Source: Shimia sp. (GTDB lineage: Bacteria > Pseudomonadota > Alphaproteobacteria > Rhodobacterales > Rhodobacteraceae). From it: DNA of 64,000 nucleotides. The position numbers and the translations under genes are program-made. This document shows, in pieces, positions 48,372 to 58,872 of this stretch. Position 1 is the first letter of the stretch. Each line of letters starts with the position of its first letter. Below the pieces are notes generated by a model. The model did not search any database. It was not told the DNA's origin and saw only the letters and a list, made by a program, of their open reading frames with translations. The stretch lies in contig NZ_JBDVNC010000003.1 of NCBI RefSeq assembly GCF_039969785.1, forward strand, positions 513 through 64,512, written 5' to 3'.

Positions 48372-49778
48372 CTATCGCCGATCCCGCAGGCTGTAGAATA
48401 CCAGCACCATGATCGACCAAGCCATCAGCATAAAGAGCGCGCTCAATCCCAGCAAGATCTCGCGCTGGGGGTATTCGGCGCTCTGAGCTAGGGTCGGACG
48501 GATATAGGTGGCTAAGTAGCGGCTCTGACGTGTGGCATTGGCGCGCGCGATGTCCAGCGCGGCCAAAGCAGCACGATAGGTTTCCTCGGCAAATTCACGA
48601 TCCACGGTGAGGCTCTCGAACTCGGCCAGCAAAGTCGGGTAGTCGGCATCTCCCCCGACTACCTTTCCGGAGGCAAAGGTTTCACGCTCCTGACGGATGC
48701 GTTCCTGAATGACTTGGATCCGTTGCAGCTCTTGCACCAGGCGCGGATCGGTTTCCACGGCCGTCGTGCGCAGAATATCGTATTCGACCAACGCCTCCGC
48801 CAGTTGCTGTTGCAGATTGTTGAACACCCCCATACGTCCCTGAATATCGGCCTCAGGATCGACGATGCGGGTGCGCACGCGGAACTGTGTCAGCGCCTCG
48901 CGCGTTGCCTTGAGACGCGCAATCGAGTCTTCGAGATCTACCTGAGCATAGCGCATCAGGTCGCCCCGCGCTGCCTCGTTCAACTCATTGACGCGCTCCT
49001 GGCTGACCCCCACGATCTCATTTCCGATCGCTTGAGCCATGTCAGCCTCAAAGGCACGCACCTGCAGATTGACCAACCCGGTACCCTGATCGTAAGACAC
49101 GCGCACGTTTCTCCCCCAAAACCAGAGCAGATCCTCGATCGTTGCGTCAGGCCAGAGTGAAAAGACCGGGTCTTCTCCCCAATAGGCGGAATAATGGCCC
49201 ACCAGATCCAGTGAGGCATCGACCTTTTCTACCATTTCCTGGCTTTGAATAAATTCATAGAGAGCATCCGCATCACCAGATCCCCCCGCACCAGCGAATT
49301 GGGCGATACCGCCCAACAGATCGGTGGCAGATCCAGATTCTTCTTTGCGCACTGTGAAGCCGACAGTGGACGCATATTGATCAACACTGACGAAATAGAG
49401 ATACCACACCGCCACTAGGAATGGCGCAAACACCAGCGCAAAGAAGCTGAAGAGCACCCCCCAGTGACGCTTCTTCATGGACGCATTTGAGGCCTGTGGG
49501 CGTACTTCGATCACTCCAGGCGGCTGAGGTTGAGGTTTTTTTGGCCCGGCACCCGGTTTGTCGCCTTGTCGGACCTGTGGCCTCTCCTGGGGAAGCTGTT
49601 TGGCGGGACCTCCTGATCCACCCTGCCTGCCGGGTTGCTGCCCCCCCGAATCGTCAGGCTTCATGCCCGCTTGTCTGCCGGGTTTGGCCGGACCCTGCCC
49701 TGATTTACCGACCAGTTTTGGTCCTGATCCGGTCTGTGAAGGCTGATCCTGCTTTGCTTTATTATTATTTTTGTTCAA
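48372..49778 (-). CDS. kpsE: Capsule export inner-membrane protein (polysaccharide co-polymerase 3)
   Basis: TTG start at 49778; two TM segments flank a coiled-coil periplasmic region; YLY...DQYAST, FIQS, QSRYLATYIRP and YP.R motifs. Confidence 0.88.
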   Translation of the reverse strand: MNKNNNKAKQDQPSQTGSGPKLVGKSGQGPAKPGRQAGMKPDDSGGQQPGRQGGSGGPAKQLPQERPQVRQGDKPGAGPKKPQPQPPGVIEVRPQASNASMKKRHWGVLFSFFALVFAPFLVAVWYLYFVSVDQYASTVGFTVRKEESGSATDLLGGIAQFAGAGGSGDADALYEFIQSQEMVEKVDASLDLVGHYSAYWGEDPVFSLWPDATIEDLLWFWGRNVRVSYDQGTGLVNLQVRAFEADMAQAIGNEIVGVSQERVNELNEAARGDLMRYAQVDLEDSIARLKATREALTQFRVRTRIVDPEADIQGRMGVFNNLQQQLAEALVEYDILRTTAVETDPRLVQELQRIQVIQERIRQERETFASGKVVGGDADYPTLLAEFESLTVDREFAEETYRAALAALDIARANATRQSRYLATYIRPTLAQSAEYPQREILLGLSALFMLMAWSIMVLVFYSLRDRR

Positions 49779-49926
49779 ATTCTTGCCTCTCAAGAACGGG
49801 TTTGAACTTCCTGCATTCCTTCTACATAATCTGCATGACGAACACCAGCTTGACGGAGTGCTACCGCTGTCTGTTTCTGACACCACCCCCTCCCAGCCCC
49901 CTTCTTCTCAGTTGTCGGGTTCCGCG

Positions 49927-50724
49927 ATGCGAGCACCACAGCGGCCACGTCCTCAGCGGCCGCGGCTTCTAGCTGTGCGTACGATCATGGCGCTGATCCT
50001 GCGTGAGATGTCGACGCGCTATGGTGCCACGCCCGGAGGATATATATGGGCCGTTCTGGAACCGCTCGGAGCGATCATCATCCTGTCGATCGGATTCTCG
50101 CTGTTGCTGCGCGCGCCTTCGTTAGGCAATTCGTTCCTGCTGTTTTATGCTTCCGGCTACCTGATCATGGCGCTATACATGAATGTATCAAGCGTGGTGG
50201 CCCGGGCGCTGAATTTTTCCAAGGCGCTGCTGCTCTATCCTCGGGTCACTTGGATAGATGCAATCCTATCACGATTTCTGCTCAACACGCTAACCAATGT
50301 GATGATCGCCTATCTTCTGCTGACTGGTGTCATCTGGGCCATTGATGCACGCATCACTGTCGAAATTGCCCCCATGGCGCTGGCGCTAGCGCTGGCGGCC
50401 TTTCTCGGGTTGGGTATCGGCACGCTCAACTGCGCGCTATTCGGGCTGTTTCCGGCTTGGATAAACGTCTGGGGCATTGCCACGCGTCCGTTGTTCCTCG
50501 CCTCGGGGGTTATCTACATTTACGAGGATCTACCTCGCGCAGCGCAAAATGTCCTTTGGTGGAACCCGATCCTCCACCTGACCGGCTTGATACGCTCAGG
50601 GCTTTACATCACCTATCGCCCGGACCATCTGAGCCTGATTTATGTGTGTGCGGTTGCAGTGGTGAGCCTCACCCTTGGTCTCATTCTGATGCGGCGGTAT
50701 TATAAGGAAATCCTGAACCGCTAG
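49927..50724 (+). CDS. kpsM: Capsular polysaccharide ABC-2 exporter permease
   Basis: ALILREMSTRYG...GYIWAVLEP, LLLYPRV, RPLFLASG and WNPILH; start uncertain. Confidence 0.9.
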   Translation: MRAPQRPRPQRPRLLAVRTIMALILREMSTRYGATPGGYIWAVLEPLGAIIILSIGFSLLLRAPSLGNSFLLFYASGYLIMALYMNVSSVVARALNFSKALLLYPRVTWIDAILSRFLLNTLTNVMIAYLLLTGVIWAIDARITVEIAPMALALALAAFLGLGIGTLNCALFGLFPAWINVWGIATRPLFLASGVIYIYEDLPRAAQNVLWWNPILHLTGLIRSGLYITYRPDHLSLIYVCAVAVVSLTLGLILMRRYYKEILNR

Positions 50725-50758
50725 AGCTTGTTCTGGCCTCCGGAAGACCGGCGGCTTA

Positions 50759-51799
50759 TTACTCGCAGGTCTTGTCCATGACCTCTTTGTCCGCCGCAGC
50801 AAGGGCGAGAACATCCTGGTGCTTCAGCGTGGCGCGCCCCCGAAGGCCATCCACAAGCGCCCGCCTCAAAAGGCGGTTGTAGCATCTGCGCTGTGCACCA
50901 TAGCGCCGCCCAGCCAAAGCCCACTTGACAGCCGCCATTGCCGCGAGCGGCCAGAACAACAACAGCCCCGACGCCTCTCGATACATGATCAACCCATTGC
51001 GATAGCTGTAATATACCTTCCAAATCGGGCTAAAAACCCGCCTCTGATCATTTTCAAACGTGCTGCAGTCATGTTCGAAGCGAAGACCCGGCTCGAACAG
51101 GATGACAAACCCGCTGCGCCTGAGACGCAAGGTGTAAATGACGTCGTCGCCATACAGAAACAATCGACTGTCCGGCAACCCGTTCTCGATCAGCATCCGC
51201 CGCGATAGGAACAGTCCCACAAAAGAGGTCAGATCGATTTCCAGCGGGCTAATATCTTCGTAGCTTGCATAGGGAATGTGATATCCGTCACGGCCCTTGC
51301 CCCGCAGCCCTCTGAGCACGGTCCTGGCAAAGACCCTGGGGCGCCAGAACGGATTGACCGAGGGTCGGTTCATCTCGCAAATGCGCCCGTCAGGGAAATA
51401 GACGGCCGCCGCCGCCGCCGTATCGTCGCGACGCAAGACGGCATGAAATGTCGCCAGCGCTTCAGGGGCTGGGTGGGCGTCGTCGTCCATGACCACAAAC
51501 CAGTCCGGATCAAAACGCTCCTGCGCAGCGCGCAACCCGTGCCGGAACCCCCCTGCCCCGCCCGAATTGACCGCCAGCCGCTCGACCACAAGACGCGGGT
51601 CGGCGCGGGTCGCCAGCCAGGCCTCGGTGCCATCGGTGCTGGCATTATCCACGAGAACCACCGCCTGCAAATGCGCAGGCGCGTTCTCCAACAGGCGTGT
51701 CAGAGTAGTTTGCAGCTTATCCAGCCGGTTATAGGTGACAACCACCGCCACCAGCCGCCCGTTCGACCCGGTTTGTTCCGTGGTGCCTATATCCATCAC
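50759..51799 (-). CDS. GT2 glycosyltransferase (GlfT1/rhamnosyltransferase-like)
   Basis: VVVTYNR, DNASTDGT, NSGGAGGF, MDDDA, SFVG, LFLYGDD. Confidence 0.88.
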   Translation of the reverse strand: MMDIGTTEQTGSNGRLVAVVVTYNRLDKLQTTLTRLLENAPAHLQAVVLVDNASTDGTEAWLATRADPRLVVERLAVNSGGAGGFRHGLRAAQERFDPDWFVVMDDDAHPAPEALATFHAVLRRDDTAAAAAVYFPDGRICEMNRPSVNPFWRPRVFARTVLRGLRGKGRDGYHIPYASYEDISPLEIDLTSFVGLFLSRRMLIENGLPDSRLFLYGDDVIYTLRLRRSGFVILFEPGLRFEHDCSTFENDQRRVFSPIWKVYYSYRNGLIMYREASGLLLFWPLAAMAAVKWALAGRRYGAQRRCYNRLLRRALVDGLRGRATLKHQDVLALAAADKEVMDKTCE

Positions 51800-51967
51800 C
51801 TATAACCACCTCATGGCTTTCAGAGCCTCTCTCTCAAAGCGCTTCACACGAACCCCCACCGATTGTCAAACGCTGCATCACCATGAGCGCGAAGGCGGCC
51901 AAACGCAGTGACAAAACTCATGGGCATTGTTAGAACTCCGTAAAAAGACAAACAACGGGGCAAGCAG

Positions 51968-52537
51968 GTGAAAATCGAAACGACTAAACTCTCTGGCCTA
52001 GTGATTTTGACACCATTGAGATTTGGTGATGCGCGAGGTTTCTTCTCGGAAAGTTGGAATCGTCAACGGATGACCGAGATCGGGATTGATCTCGATTTTG
52101 TGCAAGACAATCATTCCCTATCGATGACCCCTGGCACCGTGCGCGGCCTGCATTTCCAGGCCCCACCGCATGCACAAGACAAGCTAGTGCGCTGTGGGCG
52201 CGGTGCGCTTTTGGATGTGGCTGTCGATATCCGCGCTGGCTCACCCACGTACAAACAGTGGTTTGCCACCGAGCTTTCAGCAGAGAACGGGCGGCAATTA
52301 CTGATACCTATCGGATTTGCCCATGGCTTTGTCACATTGACGGAAGATACTGAAATTATTTACAAATGCACAGATTACTACGCGCCGCACTGTGACCGGG
52401 CAATTGCCCATGACGACCCAGATATTGCCATTGACTGGGATGTTTCGCGCACGAAACGTACCCTAAGTGAAAAGGACATGGCGGCACCGACACTGGCCGA
52501 GCTGGGCACTCCTTTCACATGGGAGGCATGCACGTGA
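51968..52537 (+). CDS. rfbC: dTDP-4-dehydrorhamnose 3,5-epimerase
   Basis: [46 protein letters not shown]. Confidence 0.96.
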   Translation: MKIETTKLSGLVILTPLRFGDARGFFSESWNRQRMTEIGIDLDFVQDNHSLSMTPGTVRGLHFQAPPHAQDKLVRCGRGALLDVAVDIRAGSPTYKQWFATELSAENGRQLLIPIGFAHGFVTLTEDTEIIYKCTDYYAPHCDRAIAHDDPDIAIDWDVSRTKRTLSEKDMAAPTLAELGTPFTWEACT

Positions 52538-53589
52538 AATTGCTGGTCACCGGGGGCGCCGGGTTCATCGGATCGGCCGTGATACGTCTAGCCATTGCGA
52601 GGGGGCACCACGTAATCAACCTAGATGCGCTGACCTATGCCGCCTGTCTTGAAAATGTCGCCAGCGTGGCAAAAAATCCTAACTATGCGTTTGAAAAGGC
52701 TAATATTTGTGACGCTGAGACTATGGATCGAATCCTTACCCGCCACACCCCGGATGCGGTGATGCATCTGGCCGCAGAATCCCATGTGGACCGCTCTATT
52801 GATGGACCTGGCGCGTTTATCGAGACCAATGTAACCGGCACCTACACACTGTTGCAGGCAGCACGGAAATACTGGGAGACGCAGGGGCGGCCTGACACGT
52901 TCCGCTTTCACCATATTTCCACAGACGAAGTTTACGGGTCTTTGGGTGCAAAAGGGCAATTTACCGAGGAAACGCCATACACACCAAACAGTCCCTATTC
53001 CGCCTCAAAGGCAGCCTCGGATCACATAGTCAGAGCCTGGGGCGAGACCTATGGGCTGCCGTTTGTGCTGACCAATTGCTCGAATAATTATGGCCCCTAT
53101 CATTTTCCAGAAAAACTGATCCCCGTAGTTATCCTGAACGCGCTGTCAGGGAAGAGTATTCCCGTTTACGGACAAGGACTTAACGTGCGCGACTGGCTCT
53201 ATGTCGAAGACCATGCGGACGCACTTTTGACAGTGCTGCAAAAGGGTGCGGTGGGGCGCAGCTATAATATTGGCGGCGAGAACGAGGCCCGCAATATTGA
53301 TCTCGTGGAAATGATCTGCGCCATTTTGGACCGGTTGAAGCCCTCGAATAGACCCTATTCCAGCTTAATCTGCTTCGTGGATGATCGTCCCGGACATGAC
53401 TTGCGCTATGCCATTGATCCAAGTCGAATGCGGGACGAACTGGGCTGGCGGCCTTCCGTGACGCTGGAGGAAGGGCTGGAAAAAACGGTGCGCTGGTATC
53501 TGGCAAACGAGAGCTGGTGGCGGGCGTTACAGGGGCGTGAAGGTGTCGGAAAACGGTTGGGCACCGCGTCCTCCGAATCAAATGATTAA
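52534..53589 (+). CDS. rfbB: dTDP-glucose 4,6-dehydratase
   Basis: GTG at 52534 overlaps the rfbC stop; [41 protein letters not shown]. Confidence 0.97.
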   Translation: MKLLVTGGAGFIGSAVIRLAIARGHHVINLDALTYAACLENVASVAKNPNYAFEKANICDAETMDRILTRHTPDAVMHLAAESHVDRSIDGPGAFIETNVTGTYTLLQAARKYWETQGRPDTFRFHHISTDEVYGSLGAKGQFTEETPYTPNSPYSASKAASDHIVRAWGETYGLPFVLTNCSNNYGPYHFPEKLIPVVILNALSGKSIPVYGQGLNVRDWLYVEDHADALLTVLQKGAVGRSYNIGGENEARNIDLVEMICAILDRLKPSNRPYSSLICFVDDRPGHDLRYAIDPSRMRDELGWRPSVTLEEGLEKTVRWYLANESWWRALQGREGVGKRLGTASSESND

Positions 53590-53845
53590 CGGCCGAAACG
53601 TCCTTCGGCAGCGCATCAGTATCACGTCGGTATTGCGTCGGTGTCATGATCGGAATTCGCACCGTTCATCATGCGGTCGTTGAGCATTAGTCCAGAAAGC
53701 TCTGCGTGCATGTTATGTATTAACGAATTGACCCACCGGCCTCCCATTCGACACTTTCCGTCATTGCGCGATTGCAGAACAGCGCATGCACGCTACACTT
53801 GGGTTTAACTTTGATGACCAGCACTATGCACCGAAAGCCGTCCTT

Positions 53846-54718
53846 TTGAAATTACTCGTCTTTGGTAAATTCGGCCAAGTGGCCACGGAATTGTGCGCCC
53901 TTGCCGGACCCGATCTCAGGATTCTGTCGTTGTCCCGTGCCCAAGCGGATCTGGAAGACCCTGAAACCTGTGCTGCCCGGATAAGAGAGGCGGAGGTTGA
54001 CGCAGTGATCAATGCCGCGGCCTTCACGGCGGTGGACCAGGCCGAAGACGAAGAAATCAGGGCCACGGTGATCAATGCAGAGGCTCCGGGTGCAATGGCG
54101 CGCGCGGCGGCAGAACGCGCCCTGCCCTTTCTACATATTTCGACCGATTACGTTTTTGACGGATCTGGCGATGCGCCTCGTATGCCCGGCGATCCAGTGG
54201 CGCCGCTCAACGCCTATGGGCGCTCTAAACTGGCTGGAGAGATCGCGGTGCGTGCCGCTGCGGGTCCGCATGCGATCCTGCGCACGAGTTGGGTCTTTTC
54301 TGTCCATGGCAACAATTTCGTGAAGACTATGTTGCGGCTTTCCGAGACCCGCGATGCGCTGAGTGTCGTGGCGGACCAGATTGGCGGACCAACGCCGGCA
54401 GCCGATATTGCAAGAGCGCTGGTTATCATGAGTCGGGCGATGATTGCCGGACAAAAGGGCGGCACATATCATTTTAACGGTACCCCAACGACAAGCTGGG
54501 CGGGTTTCGCGCGCGAAACATTTCGGCTTGCAGGGCGCGGGGTGGCTGTGACCGGCATTCCCACCGCAGATTATCCCACACCGGCCGTGCGCCCGCTTAA
54601 TTCTCGACTGGATTGTGCCACGCTGGAGACAGATTTTGGCATTACACCTGCGGACTGGAAAGTGGGACTGGCCCGTGTGATCACGGAACTTGGGAATGCA
54701 GAGAGGAACAGGGCATAG
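53846..54718 (+). CDS. rfbD: dTDP-4-dehydrorhamnose reductase
   Basis: TTG start chosen; FGKFGQV, INAAAFTAVD, ISTDYVFDG, YGRSKLAGE, LRTSWV. Confidence 0.95.
   Translation: MKLLVFGKFGQVATELCALAGPDLRILSLSRAQADLEDPETCAARIREAEVDAVINAAAFTAVDQAEDEEIRATVINAEAPGAMARAAAERALPFLHISTDYVFDGSGDAPRMPGDPVAPLNAYGRSKLAGEIAVRAAAGPHAILRTSWVFSVHGNNFVKTMLRLSETRDALSVVADQIGGPTPAADIARALVIMSRAMIAGQKGGTYHFNGTPTTSWAGFARETFRLAGRGVAVTGIPTADYPTPAVRPLNSRLDCATLETDFGITPADWKVGLARVITELGNAERNRA
54504..54519. promoter_or_regulatory. Perfect 16-bp palindrome, candidate parS (copy 1, inside rfbD)
   Basis: GTTTCGCGCGCGAAAC, identical to 58435-58450; fits a GTT-N4-GC-N4-AAC pattern. Confidence 0.5.
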
Positions 54719-54719
54719 C

Positions 54720-55595
54720 ATGAGCAATCGCAAGGGCATCATTCTGGCAGGCGGGTCAGGTACACGGCTTTACCCAATCACCATCGGGATCTCGAAACAG
54801 CTGGTGCCTATCTATGATAAGCCAATGATTTATTACCCCCTATCGGTACTGATGCTGGCCGGGATTCGCGAGATTGCCGTCATCACAACCCCGCATGATC
54901 AGGATCAGTTCCATCGCACATTGGGGGACGGGAGCCAGTGGGGGCTTTCGCTGACTTATATCGAACAAGCCAGCCCGGATGGGCTGGCGCAGGCCTATCT
55001 GCTCACCGAGGATTTCTTGGATGGGGCCCCGAGTGCGATGGTGCTTGGTGACAATATCTTTTTTGGTCATGGTCTGCCCGAGCGACTGGCGGCAGCAGAT
55101 GCGCGCGATTCAGGCGGCACGGTATTTGGCTATCGCGTGGCCGACCCTGAACGCTATGGCGTGGTGGATTTTGCCCCTGATAATACGGTCCAAGGGATCG
55201 TCGAAAAGCCTGTGAAAGCGCCTTCTCCCTATGCGGTAACTGGGCTCTATTTTCTGGATGGGAGCGCTCCAGAGCGCGCCCGTTCCGTGACCCCAAGTGC
55301 GCGAGGTGAGCTGGAAATCACCTCTCTTCTGGAGATGTACCTGACCGATGGCGCGCTGAACGTGGAGTTGATGGGGCGAGGTTACGCATGGCTGGATACG
55401 GGCACCCATGGCAGTTTGCTGGATGCGGGCAATTTCGTACGCACACTCTCTGAAAGACAAGGCCAACAAGTGGGATCCCCGGAAGAAATTGCCTGGCAGC
55501 AGGGCTGGATTGGGGACGATCAACTGCGCGCGCGCGCAGAAGCTTTTGGAAAAAATAACTATGGCGCTTATCTGACGGCACTCTTGGAGACCTAA
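54720..55595 (+). CDS. rfbA: Glucose-1-phosphate thymidylyltransferase
   Basis: GIILAGGSGTRLYP, KQLVPIYDKPMIYYP, GDNIF, EKP, RGELEIT, AWLDTGT. Confidence 0.97.
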   Translation: MSNRKGIILAGGSGTRLYPITIGISKQLVPIYDKPMIYYPLSVLMLAGIREIAVITTPHDQDQFHRTLGDGSQWGLSLTYIEQASPDGLAQAYLLTEDFLDGAPSAMVLGDNIFFGHGLPERLAAADARDSGGTVFGYRVADPERYGVVDFAPDNTVQGIVEKPVKAPSPYAVTGLYFLDGSAPERARSVTPSARGELEITSLLEMYLTDGALNVELMGRGYAWLDTGTHGSLLDAGNFVRTLSERQGQQVGSPEEIAWQQGWIGDDQLRARAEAFGKNNYGAYLTALLET

Positions 55596-55598
55596 CGT

Positions 55599-57026
55599 AT
55601 GCCAGAAAAAACCATCACCCCTGTTCTGCTATGTGGCGGGTCGGGCACGCGCCTGTGGCCACTGAGCCGTAAGAGCTACCCAAAACAGTTTTCAAAGCTG
55701 ACCGGAGAAGAGAGCCTGTTTCAGTCATCTGCACGGCGTATGGGCGGGCCCGAATTTAACGCTCCGATGGTGATCACAAATTCCGATTTCCGCTTTATCG
55801 TGACCGAACAGCTGACCGACGCAGGCATTGATCCGGGCGCAATTCTGATCGAGCCTGAAGGGCGCAATACCGCGCCCGCAGTACTGGCGGCGGCTTGTTG
55901 GCTACACGAACACGATCCCGACGCACTCATGCTGGTTGCCCCTTCTGACCACGTGGTGCCCGATCCCGCCGCTTTTCGCGCCGCCGTAGCTGCAGGTGTA
56001 CCCGCAGCCCAAGACGGACAATTGGTCACCTTTGGTATCAAACCCACCCATGCTGAAACAGGCTATGGCTATCTGGAATTAGCTGAAGATCCGGGTGTTT
56101 TCGCGGCAAAACCGCTGAAGTTATCCCGGTTCGTGGAAAAGCCAAATGCGACGTACGCCGCCGAAATGCTGGCTGCGGGCAACTTTCTGTGGAACGCTGG
56201 AATCTTTCTGTTTTCAGTCCGCACGATCCTAGGCGCGTTTACCAAACACGCACCAGGTCTCATCGCACCGGTGGAGGCCGCGGTAGACAAGGGGCAGGAG
56301 GATCTGGGGTTTCTACGACTAGATCCTGACGCCTGGGCTGGGGCCGAAGAAATCTCGATCGACTATGCGGTGATGGAACGGGCGCAGAACCTCAGTGTGG
56401 TGCCTTTTGCTGCGGGCTGGTCGGATCTGGGAGACTGGGATTCGGTTTTACGAGAAACCGAAAAAGATGGCATTGGCGCGCATGGCCCCGTTACGGCGCT
56501 TGACTGCGAAAATACACTCCTGCGCTCGGAAGACAGCGGGCTGGAGCTTGTCGGCATTGGCCTGAAGGACATTGTCGCTGTGGCCATGCCCGATGCGGTC
56601 CTGGTGGCAGATCGCAAAAGGGCACAGGATGTAAAAAATGCGGTTAGTGTGCTTAAGACCCGCAAGGTACGCCAAGCCACGGAATTCCCTCGCGACCACC
56701 GCCCCTGGGGCTGGTTTGAAAGCCTGGTGATAGGTGATCGCTTCCAGGTGAAACGTATCGTCGTGCATCCCGGCGCGGCATTGTCTCTGCAAAGCCATCA
56801 CCACCGCGCAGAACACTGGATCGTGGTCGAGGGTACTGCGAAGGTCACAATAAACGACATCGAGCAGCTGATCAGCGAAAACCAATCAGTCTATATTCCT
56901 TTAGGCGCAGTGCATCGGATGGAAAATCCTGGCAAATTGCCCATGGTTCTGATCGAAGTACAGACCGGCTCTTATCTGGGAGAGGATGACATCATCCGCT
57001 ACGAAGATGTGTATGCACGTCGCTAA
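55599..57026 (+). CDS. manC: Mannose-1-phosphate guanylyltransferase / mannose-6-phosphate isomerase
   Basis: LCGGSGTRLWPLSR..YPKQF, EPEGRNTAPA, FVEKP, WSDLG, and a C-terminal cupin RPWG...LSLQSHHHRAEHW. Confidence 0.95.
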   Translation: MPEKTITPVLLCGGSGTRLWPLSRKSYPKQFSKLTGEESLFQSSARRMGGPEFNAPMVITNSDFRFIVTEQLTDAGIDPGAILIEPEGRNTAPAVLAAACWLHEHDPDALMLVAPSDHVVPDPAAFRAAVAAGVPAAQDGQLVTFGIKPTHAETGYGYLELAEDPGVFAAKPLKLSRFVEKPNATYAAEMLAAGNFLWNAGIFLFSVRTILGAFTKHAPGLIAPVEAAVDKGQEDLGFLRLDPDAWAGAEEISIDYAVMERAQNLSVVPFAAGWSDLGDWDSVLRETEKDGIGAHGPVTALDCENTLLRSEDSGLELVGIGLKDIVAVAMPDAVLVADRKRAQDVKNAVSVLKTRKVRQATEFPRDHRPWGWFESLVIGDRFQVKRIVVHPGAALSLQSHHHRAEHWIVVEGTAKVTINDIEQLISENQSVYIPLGAVHRMENPGKLPMVLIEVQTGSYLGEDDIIRYEDVYARR

Positions 57027-57100
57027 GCGGCGTTGACAGCCCCCCCCCGGGTGCCCATTAGACTGGGCATCACAGGCAGGACAGAACAGAGGCATCCAAC

Positions 57101-58429
57101 ATGAAGATTGCAATGATTGGTACTGGCTACGTGGGGCTGGTGTCAGGCGTGTGTTTTTCCGACTTTGGCCACGAAGTAATCTGTGTCGACAAAGATCCGG
57201 CCAAGATCGAAATGCTGGAGCGCGGCGAAGTGCCGATTTACGAGCCGGGTCTGGACCAGCTTATGGCCAAGAATGTCGAGGCCGGGCGGTTAAGCTTCAC
57301 GCTGGATCTGGCTGAGGCGATTGACGGCGCGCAGGCCGTGTTCATCGCCGTCGGCACACCGACACGACGTGGTGACGGACATGCGGATCTGACCTATGTG
57401 ATGGCCGCTGCCCAAGAGATTGCCCGCGCCGCAGATCATTACATGGTGATCGTGACCAAATCGACCGTGCCGGTAGGCACCAACCGGCAGGTCAAGCAGA
57501 CCGTGCGCAAGGCCAATCCGCAGCTGGAATTCGATGTGGCCTCGAACCCCGAGTTTCTGCGCGAAGGGGCTGCGATCGAAGATTTCATGAAACCGGACCG
57601 GGTGGTGGTCGGGGTGCAGAATGACCGCGCAAGCGAGGTCATGGCCGAGGTCTATCGACCGCTTTACCTGCGTGAGTTTCCAATCGTAACCACCGATCTG
57701 GAAAGCGCCGAGATGATCAAATACGCCGCCAACGCGTTTCTGGCGACCAAGATCACCTTTATCAACGAAATCGCCGCCCTGTGTGAACGGGTGGGCGCAG
57801 ATGTAAAGCAGGTGTCGCGCGGCATGGGTATGGATGGGCGCATCGGCAACAAATTCCTGCACGCGGGGCCAGGCTATGGCGGGTCTTGTTTTCCTAAAGA
57901 CACCAAAGCGCTGGCTCGGATCGGACAGGATCATTCGATACCGATGCACATCACCGAGACGGTGATTTCCGTCAACGAAGAAGTCAAACGGCGCATGGTC
58001 AACAAGCTTCTGGACCTGTGTGAAGGCAACTTTAACGGCAAAACCATCGCAGTGTTGGGCGTAACCTTCAAACCCAATACCGATGACATGCGTGACGCCC
58101 CCAGCCTGACGCTGATACCGGCGTTGGTGGGCGGGGGCGCCAAGGTGCGCGTGACTGACCCGCAAGGGCGCCACGAAGGCGAAGCTCTGCTGCCCGGGGT
58201 GCATTGGGTCGAGGACGCCTATAAGGCTGCCCGAGGTGCGGACCTGCTGGTCATCCTGACCGAATGGAACGAATTCCGCGCGCTGGACCTGAAGAAGCTG
58301 GCGCGCAAGATGGCCACGCCACGGCTGGCCGACCTGCGCAATATCTATACGGTCAGGGACGTCAAACGCGCCGGGTTTCTTGCATATGAAAGCGTGGGGC
58401 GAGCCGGGTTCAAAAAGACCCAAGACTGA
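57101..58429 (+). CDS. ugd: UDP-glucose/GDP-mannose 6-dehydrogenase
   Basis: IGTGYVGL, KSTVPVGT, NPEFLREG, GYGGSCFPKD, FKPNTDDMRD. Confidence 0.95.
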   Translation: MKIAMIGTGYVGLVSGVCFSDFGHEVICVDKDPAKIEMLERGEVPIYEPGLDQLMAKNVEAGRLSFTLDLAEAIDGAQAVFIAVGTPTRRGDGHADLTYVMAAAQEIARAADHYMVIVTKSTVPVGTNRQVKQTVRKANPQLEFDVASNPEFLREGAAIEDFMKPDRVVVGVQNDRASEVMAEVYRPLYLREFPIVTTDLESAEMIKYAANAFLATKITFINEIAALCERVGADVKQVSRGMGMDGRIGNKFLHAGPGYGGSCFPKDTKALARIGQDHSIPMHITETVISVNEEVKRRMVNKLLDLCEGNFNGKTIAVLGVTFKPNTDDMRDAPSLTLIPALVGGGAKVRVTDPQGRHEGEALLPGVHWVEDAYKAARGADLLVILTEWNEFRALDLKKLARKMATPRLADLRNIYTVRDVKRAGFLAYESVGRAGFKKTQD

Positions 58430-58433
58430 GGTG

Positions 58434-58451
58434 TGTTTCGCGCGCGAAACA
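58434..58451. promoter_or_regulatory. Perfect 18-bp palindrome, candidate parS (copy 2, intergenic)
   Basis: TGTTTCGCGCGCGAAACA immediately after the ugd stop. Confidence 0.55.
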
Positions 58452-58750
58452 TATTTGAGACCCTGATACAGGCAAATCAGAGTCTGATGGGCTGGAAGGC
58501 GCTACACTTGAAACGGTTATTGTCACGTCCGCCCTTTTTTGGAAATCACTCAGGCACGGGGTGACGTTTGCCCGGCGACATCACCGACGATTTCTATCAG
58601 GTCGCGTTGATGGATTTTACCCTGACCGTTGCCGAAGTGGACGCGGCTACATGCGCCGGAGACTTTCGCGTGATGCATCACGTGGCTGCGTGGGGATTGT
58701 GAAAACCGCACCGGGATCCGTAAGCTTTACATTTGCTTTTCTAAGCAAAA

Positions 58751-58775
58751 GGCCGGATCAGTTCCTGATCCGGCC
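58751..58775. terminator. 11-bp perfect hairpin
   Basis: GGCCGGATCAG-TTC-CTGATCCGGCC preceded by AAAA, so a possible minus-strand terminator. Confidence 0.45.
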
Positions 58776-58872
58776 AAATCCTGCCCCATAATGGCAAGCG
58801 CAGCAGGTAGATTGACAGGGCCGGGCACAACTTCACTATGGAACCAAATACAACGAGCAGGACCACAGCAGT

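Noticed and set aside
57290-58423. 377-aa minus-strand ORF
   Set aside because: It is the antisense shadow of ugd.
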